DNA of 12,658 nt. It comes from an uncultured Rikenellaceae bacterium. GTDB lineage: Bacteria; Bacteroidota; Bacteroidia; Bacteroidales; Tenuifilaceae. The notes below the pieces were generated by a model. That model ran no database searches. It was not told the DNA's origin and saw only the letters and a program-made list of their open reading frames with translations. A program made the position numbers and the translations under genes. Position 1 is the first letter of the stretch. Each line of letters begins with the position of its first letter. The DNA lies in contig CAZKHG010000043.1 in the NCBI GenBank assembly GCA_964552655.1, positions 1 through 12,658 on the forward strand, read 5' to 3'. This document shows, piece by piece, positions 8,162-12,658 of this stretch.

Positions 8162-11100
8162 CTAATTGCCTAAGATTGATTTGAATTCGTTGAATTTAGA
8201 TTCCAGCTCCTTGTAATGTTCACCTTTTTCGTATAGGTAGGCCATTCTGCTCAAATCCTGAAGGTAGGCCATGTTCATTTGCAGATCACTACCCAGGCTC
8301 TTGGCCTTCTCGTTAGGCAAATTCACTGCAAAACGAATAAGCCCGACTGATTGATCCATCATCAGTTTTGAATAGTAAACCGCTTTATCTGGTGCGTCTG
8401 CCCTGTAATAAGATTCTATCAGATCGAGGCCAAAGAAGTTAAGTGGAATTTTTTCAGCAGGAATCAACTTCATGCAGTAGTCAAGCGATTCGATGGCTTT
8501 ATCCTTTTGTCCCTCATCAACCAGTTTTTGGGCAAGCCGGGCGAAAATCATCCTATAATTAGAGATGATCCTGGAATTGTTTTCATCCAGGTAAACATCA
8601 GGATCGGCAATGCTCCTGAAGCGGTATTTATGCAGAAGATTTTCATACATTGCCTGTGTGTCAGCGGTTCCAAAGCTAAAGCGGCTTTGCTGTTTTCTGG
8701 TTTCGATGGGTACGATCCTGTACATTAAACCTTCCATCTGGAAATACCTTTCAAGCCCCTGGAAAGATTCGTTACTAACTGTGGTCCCCATGTAAATCGG
8801 GCGATTCCATTTATTTGTAGAGAGAAGGTCGAGAACAACAAATCCTTCTTTTAGGATCATCTCATTGTTAAGTTTCCAGATCATAGTATCAACAATATCA
8901 TTAGCCTTTTCAGGCCTTACGGTTGAAGTGTTAATGATATTCTGCTTGTCAATTGGAATATACAGTGTAGTTGATGGGAGAAAACAAATCTTCTCACTGG
9001 GGTTAAACGGGGAAACAATTTGCGACATTTCATGATCGCTCAGGATAAAGCTGATGGCCTGATCGAGGGGGATTGCCCCCTTTATTCTATCAGCAATCAG
9101 GATAACTTCCCTTTTGCCTGAGTAGTATTTATCATGGGTCATGCTTAAGGGTAGGGGATCAGATTCATAGGCCTTTCTTTTCATCTGGTCAATATACCAA
9201 TCGCCACGAAGGTAGCTCAGGTTTGAAACCCTTACATCGGTTCTAACCCCCTCAACCTCCTGATTGTACCATAGCGGGAAAGTATCGTTATCGCCATAGG
9301 TAAATAGTACCGAATTAGGCTCACAGCCAATTAGCATATTGTACCCAAAATCAACTGAGGTATATCGTTTTGATCGGTCATGGTCATCCCAGTTTTCAGC
9401 TGCCATAATACCCGGGACAAGGATTAAGCATAGAATTCCTGTGCCAGCTGCAGCAACTGGGTTATTTATTGCTTTTTTTACCAGTTCGAATAAAGCCAGT
9501 ACCCCCAGCCCTATCCAGATGGTAAAGGCATAAAAACTCCCTGCATAAGCATAATCACGTTCTCTTGGTTGGTAAGGGGTTTGGTTCAGGTAAACAACAA
9601 TTGCCAATCCGGTAAGAATAAATAGCAGCATGACAACCCAAAAATCGGTTTGCTTTTTGTAAAAATGGAAGAACAAGCCGGCAAGTCCAAGGAGTAAAGG
9701 AAAAAAGAAGTATTGATTTCTGGCTTTATTATTTTTCAGGTAATCGGGCAGGGCTTCTTGCGGGCCGAGCCTGGCATCATCAATTGCACTGATACCCGAC
9801 ACCCAATTCCCTTTAATTATATCTCCATGTCCCTGAAGGTCATTTTGCCGTCCGGCAAAGTTCCACATGAAATACCTTAAATACATGTGCCCAACCTGAT
9901 ATTTCAGGAAGAATTTAATATTGTCGGACAGCTTGGGAACATATCGGATTTCCGGCTTCCCGTTTTCATCCCTAATACTAATCGGTATGCCCCGGTAGTT
10001 TGTCCACTGTTTGTATGCGGTTACGTGTTGTGATTCGTTGCTATACATTCGAGGGAACACAGACATAAACCGACTGTCGAACTTGTAGGAAAATTTTTTG
10101 TATGCAACAATATACTTCCCATTTTCAGGTATGTAGTATGGGCCACCCTCTTCGCGCTCAACAACAGGTGCATTAAATGACTGGCCATACAGCAATGGCC
10201 GTTCACCATATTGTTCACGGTTAAGGTAATATAACAACGAGAACATGTTATCCGGATCGTTTTGGTTCATCGGGGTTTTTGCTGAGGCCCGGATAAGAAT
10301 TACAGCATACGAACCATACCCGATAAGCAAAACAGTGATTGCAAGCAAAACGGTGTTAAAAATTGTGTGTTTGTTCTTATAGGTGTACCTCAATCCAATA
10401 ATTAGCAGGGCAATAATAGTTGCAATATAGAAAAGTACGCCCGAGTTATAAGGTAGGCCAAAGGTGTTAACAAAAAGCAGTTCAAATTTAGAGGCAAACA
10501 CCACAAATCCACTGATAACCCCATACATAATACCTATTAGTATAACCCCGGATAATAATAGCGCTTTAACTATGCCCCATTTGGTTATCACATACTTTTT
10601 AAAGTAGTAAACCATTACGATGGCTGGAATAGCGAGCAGGTTTAACAGGTGTACACCAATTGAAAGGCCCATCAGGTAAGCAATAAGTATTAGCCAACGG
10701 TTGGCATAAGGCGAATTGGCATTATCCTCCCATTTAAGGATGGCCCAGAAAACAAGGGCTGTAAATAACGAAGAAGTGGCATAAACTTCACCCTCCACGG
10801 CAGAGAACCAGAAAGTATCGGAAAAAGTGTAGGCGAGAGAACCAACAAAACCAGCAGAAATAATTAAAATTATCTGTGTAAGGTTCAACTTATCTGCACT
10901 TATAATTTTTCGGGCTAAATGGGTTATGGTCCAAAACAGGAAAAGGATTGTAAACCCACTGGCAATAGCTGATAATGCGTTTGCGAAAATGGGAACCATT
11001 TTTACCGATGGAGCGAACATAGTAAAGAATCTCACCATAAGCATAAAGAATGGAGCCCCGGGTGGGTGCCCAACCTCCAGCTTATAGCCGCTGGCAATGA

Positions 11101-11230
11101 ACTCACCGCAATCCCAAAAGCTACCGGTTGGTTCCATTGTTAGCAGGTAAACTGCTGAGGCGATAATAAAAACCAGCCATCCAGCCAAGTTGTTTATCCT
11201 TCTATATGATATGATATCAATGTTTTGCAT
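8162..11230 (-). CDS. DUF2723 / TMEM260-like GT-C-fold glycosyltransferase with C-terminal TPR-like domain (PMT/ArnT-like polyprenyl-phosphate-sugar-dependent transferase)
   Basis: 1022 aa. TM1 is followed by EPTGSFWDCGEFIASGYKLEVGHPPGAPFF, the hallmark opening of DUF2723 proteins, with acidic D40/E43 in the first periplasmic loop as in GT-C enzymes. There are about 9 TM helices up to roughly residue 320, a soluble insert, 4 more TM helices around 520-620, and then about 400 aa of helical-repeat (TPR-like) soluble domain. The architecture (DUF2723 + TPR) is the same as human TMEM260. Confidence 0.8.
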   Translation of the reverse strand: MQNIDIISYRRINNLAGWLVFIIASAVYLLTMEPTGSFWDCGEFIASGYKLEVGHPPGAPFFMLMVRFFTMFAPSVKMVPIFANALSAIASGFTILFLFWTITHLARKIISADKLNLTQIILIISAGFVGSLAYTFSDTFWFSAVEGEVYATSSLFTALVFWAILKWEDNANSPYANRWLILIAYLMGLSIGVHLLNLLAIPAIVMVYYFKKYVITKWGIVKALLLSGVILIGIMYGVISGFVVFASKFELLFVNTFGLPYNSGVLFYIATIIALLIIGLRYTYKNKHTIFNTVLLAITVLLIGYGSYAVILIRASAKTPMNQNDPDNMFSLLYYLNREQYGERPLLYGQSFNAPVVEREEGGPYYIPENGKYIVAYKKFSYKFDSRFMSVFPRMYSNESQHVTAYKQWTNYRGIPISIRDENGKPEIRYVPKLSDNIKFFLKYQVGHMYLRYFMWNFAGRQNDLQGHGDIIKGNWVSGISAIDDARLGPQEALPDYLKNNKARNQYFFFPLLLGLAGLFFHFYKKQTDFWVVMLLFILTGLAIVVYLNQTPYQPRERDYAYAGSFYAFTIWIGLGVLALFELVKKAINNPVAAAGTGILCLILVPGIMAAENWDDHDRSKRYTSVDFGYNMLIGCEPNSVLFTYGDNDTFPLWYNQEVEGVRTDVRVSNLSYLRGDWYIDQMKRKAYESDPLPLSMTHDKYYSGKREVILIADRIKGAIPLDQAISFILSDHEMSQIVSPFNPSEKICFLPSTTLYIPIDKQNIINTSTVRPEKANDIVDTMIWKLNNEMILKEGFVVLDLLSTNKWNRPIYMGTTVSNESFQGLERYFQMEGLMYRIVPIETRKQQSRFSFGTADTQAMYENLLHKYRFRSIADPDVYLDENNSRIISNYRMIFARLAQKLVDEGQKDKAIESLDYCMKLIPAEKIPLNFFGLDLIESYYRADAPDKAVYYSKLMMDQSVGLIRFAVNLPNEKAKSLGSDLQMNMAYLQDLSRMAYLYEKGEHYKELESKFNEFKSILGN

Positions 11231-11258
11231 ATAATTGGATTTCTGTTTATTTCAAGCC

Positions 11259-11266
11259 CAAATGTA
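11259..11266 (-). promoter_or_regulatory. candidate -7 box TACATTTG for the DUF2723-CE4-GT4 operon
   Basis: Reverse-strand TACATTTG (plus-strand caaatgta) lies 28 nt upstream of the ATG at 11230. It is the same octamer at the same distance as upstream of the flippase-like gene. A near -33 element, GTTTC, sits about 20 nt further upstream. Confidence 0.35.
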
Positions 11267-11281
11267 TAATTTTTTTGAGAG

Positions 11282-11300
11282 TATAGAAACAAGGTTTGAT
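11282..11300 (+). repeat. 19-nt direct repeat copy 2 (TATAGAAACAAGGTTTGAT)
   Basis: Matches 124-142 at 18 of 19 positions. It lies in the divergent intergenic region, over the -33 region of the DUF2723-operon promoter candidate. Confidence 0.3.
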
Positions 11301-11364
11301 TTAGAGTACGGCTATTGTTTCGGAATTGGTGATAAAAGATTATTTTTAACCAAATTTTACTATA

Positions 11365-12468
11365 GTGAAAAGATTTCTGTTGCTGAGTTTTATTTCAATT
11401 TCGTTGAATGGCATTAGTCAGGATTTATGGGTGAAATTCAATACACCCCAAACAATTCAACTGGCTGATACCTCAACTTTATATTTTAACCCCAAAACCA
11501 CGGCCTTTTTTGATGATAAGGAGTATATAAGTGATATTAAGAAGGGTTATACCCTCCCGGGATTTTTTTTTCAACCAAGGCTAGAATATCAACCCTCGTC
11601 AAAAACAAGAATTTGCGCTGGCTTTCACGGATTATTTTTTGGCGGGACAGATAGCCTCGAAAAATTTGTCCCAATACTTTCCCTTGAGTATTTATTTAAT
11701 AAGGATATCCGTATTATTATTGGAACTTTGCATTCAGATCAACTTCACTATTTACCGGAACCGTTGTTTAAACCCGAACGACTTTTCACAGCTACTCCCG
11801 AAACCGGATTTCAGATTTTAACAACAACTGATAGAATCAAGGTTGACAACTGGAATAGCTGGGAGCGATTTATTAAGAATGGCAGCCCTTTCCAGGAGGT
11901 ATTTACAGTTGGGTTAACCGCAATTTACAAGCCAAATACGTTTTCTATTAATGATGGTTTAACCTTTCAGTTTTTCGGTTTGGCTGTGCATAATGGTGGA
12001 CAGATTGATAGTACCAACCTGCAGGTTACCACCATGTTTAATATCGGGGCCGGATTCGGGTATGCATTGCCATCTTTTGGTAAATCGAACAGTGGAGTGG
12101 AGCTGATGGGATTTATCTCCTCCGATCAATCACCAAATCCTGTAAGTAAATATCAGAATGGCAAGGCCATTTACCCTAAAATATTCATCGAATGGCCTGA
12201 ATTTAGAGTGGAGGCTGGGTATTGGAGATCGACAAAATTTGTGAATCCCAGAGGAGAAGAGCTATTTGGATCCTATTCAACTGTAAAAGCGCAATTTGAT
12301 GAGAAGTTTAGAAATCTCATTACGGCAAAATTGATCTATTCCAAAATGGTTGCAAAAGGGTTTACGGCAGGCGCAAGATTCGACACCTATTACGACTATA
12401 AAGCATCAATAATTGATTGGGCATTCACTATACGTATGTCTTTCACTGGTGATATCAAACTAAAATAA
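11365..12468 (+). CDS. hypothetical secreted protein, probable outer-membrane beta-barrel
   Basis: 367 aa with a GTG start (the first start after an in-frame TAA at 11347). It has a signal peptide, KRFLLLSFISISLNGISQD. The mature part consists of many short alternating hydrophobic/polar stretches: RICAGFHGLFFG, IRIIIGTLH, VFTVGLTAIY, LTFQFFGLAVHNG, VTTMFNIGAGFGYAL, FRVEAGYW, FTAGARFDTYYDY and IIDWAFTIRMSFTG. This pattern is typical of amphipathic beta-strands. No family could be assigned. Confidence 0.55.
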   Translation: MKRFLLLSFISISLNGISQDLWVKFNTPQTIQLADTSTLYFNPKTTAFFDDKEYISDIKKGYTLPGFFFQPRLEYQPSSKTRICAGFHGLFFGGTDSLEKFVPILSLEYLFNKDIRIIIGTLHSDQLHYLPEPLFKPERLFTATPETGFQILTTTDRIKVDNWNSWERFIKNGSPFQEVFTVGLTAIYKPNTFSINDGLTFQFFGLAVHNGGQIDSTNLQVTTMFNIGAGFGYALPSFGKSNSGVELMGFISSDQSPNPVSKYQNGKAIYPKIFIEWPEFRVEAGYWRSTKFVNPRGEELFGSYSTVKAQFDEKFRNLITAKLIYSKMVAKGFTAGARFDTYYDYKASIIDWAFTIRMSFTGDIKLK

Positions 12469-12658
12469 TGAAGATGGACTACACAGCATCCCCGGGCCGT
12501 TATAACAATTTACCATACAGAAGATGTGGGAGAAGCGGCATTCAACTCCCTCTAGTTTCTCTTGGGTTGTGGCACAACTTTGGGGCTGTGGATAATTTTG
12601 AAACCAGTAAGGGGATTTTGCACTTAGCATTTGATCTGGGAGTAACTCATTTTGATCT
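12468..12658 (+). CDS. aldo-keto reductase, YghZ/Gpr (L-glyceraldehyde-3-phosphate reductase)-like, 5' part
   Basis: ATG at 12468 shares its A with the TAA stop of the upstream gene. Translation gives MKMDYTASPGRYNNLPYRRCGRSGIQLPLVSLGLWHNFGAVDNFETSKGILHLAFDLGVTHFDL. This aligns block by block with the E. coli YghZ N-terminus (YRYCGKSGLRLPALSLGLWHNFG ... AFDLGITHFDLANNYG). The gene is truncated by the window end. Confidence 0.8.
   Translation, partial: MKMDYTASPGRYNNLPYRRCGRSGIQLPLVSLGLWHNFGAVDNFETSKGILHLAFDLGVTHFD

Noticed and set aside
4829-10218. Short internal ORFs (4829-5050, 8507-8728, 8610-8795, 9339-9533, 10021-10218) within the GH29-like and DUF2723 genes
   Set aside because: They are fully nested in long, motif-supported CDSs, either out of frame or antisense, and nothing supports them.
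11265-11270. E. coli-like TATAAT hexamer
   Set aside because: It is the plus-strand face of the minus-strand TACATTTG box region. In a Bacteroidota-like genome a sigma-70 -10 hexamer is not expected to function, and it would sit about 95 nt from the nearest plus-strand start.
11235-11417. 60-aa plus-strand ORF covering the divergent intergenic region, and 11639-11821 inside the OMP gene
   Set aside because: The first spans the promoter region and overlaps the signal-peptide codons of the downstream gene in another frame. The second is nested out of frame. Neither has motif support.
1-12658. Search for mobile elements, CRISPR arrays, tRNA/rRNA and defence-system hallmarks (nucleases, ATPases, methyltransferases)
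   Set aside because: No tandem repeat arrays were seen. No integrase, transposase or recombinase-like ORFs were seen, and there were no tRNA-like cloverleaf candidates. GC content and codon style appear uniform across the window. The window looks like core envelope-function chromosome rather than an island.

Overview
This window looks like an AT-rich (roughly 40% GC) bacterial chromosomal segment, most likely from Bacteroidota. The supporting signs are TAnnTTTG-type -7 promoter boxes, no Shine-Dalgarno sequences, and several lipoprotein signal peptides with a Cys lipobox. It is gene-dense, with 11 protein-coding genes (two truncated by the window edges). I found no rRNA, tRNA or CRISPR, and no integrase, transposase or phage signatures, so it reads as core-like rather than mobile. 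Gene content is as follows, with '-' marking the reverse strand. There is a partial lipoprotein (1-174, -) and a stand-alone MprF-type flippase-like membrane protein (281-1369, -). This is divergent from an EamA/DMT permease (1505-2401, +), which ends at a bidirectional intrinsic terminator (2444-2492). A YqiJ/NfeD-like gene and a flotillin (SPFH) gene form a pair on the minus strand (4586->2531). A divergent GH29-like alpha-L-fucosidase lipoprotein (4675-6435, -) follows. Next is a tightly packed three-gene block on the minus strand: a DUF2723/TMEM260-like GT-C glycosyltransferase of 1022 aa with a TPR-like C-terminus (8162-11230), then a cytoplasmic CE4 (NodB) deacetylase (7539-8153), then a GT4 glycosyltransferase (6455-7549). 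A putative outer-membrane beta-barrel protein (11365-12468, +) has its stop overlapping the ATG of a truncated YghZ/Gpr-like aldo-keto reductase (12468-12658, +). The most interesting feature is the GT-C - CE4 - GT4 block. Its enzyme logic resembles lipid-linked amino-sugar pathways (Arn lipid A modification; the first steps of GPI-anchor synthesis), but with unrelated enzyme families, and it shares a promoter -7 box with the flippase-like gene 10 kb away. This is inference from domain content and gene order only; no homology search could be run.
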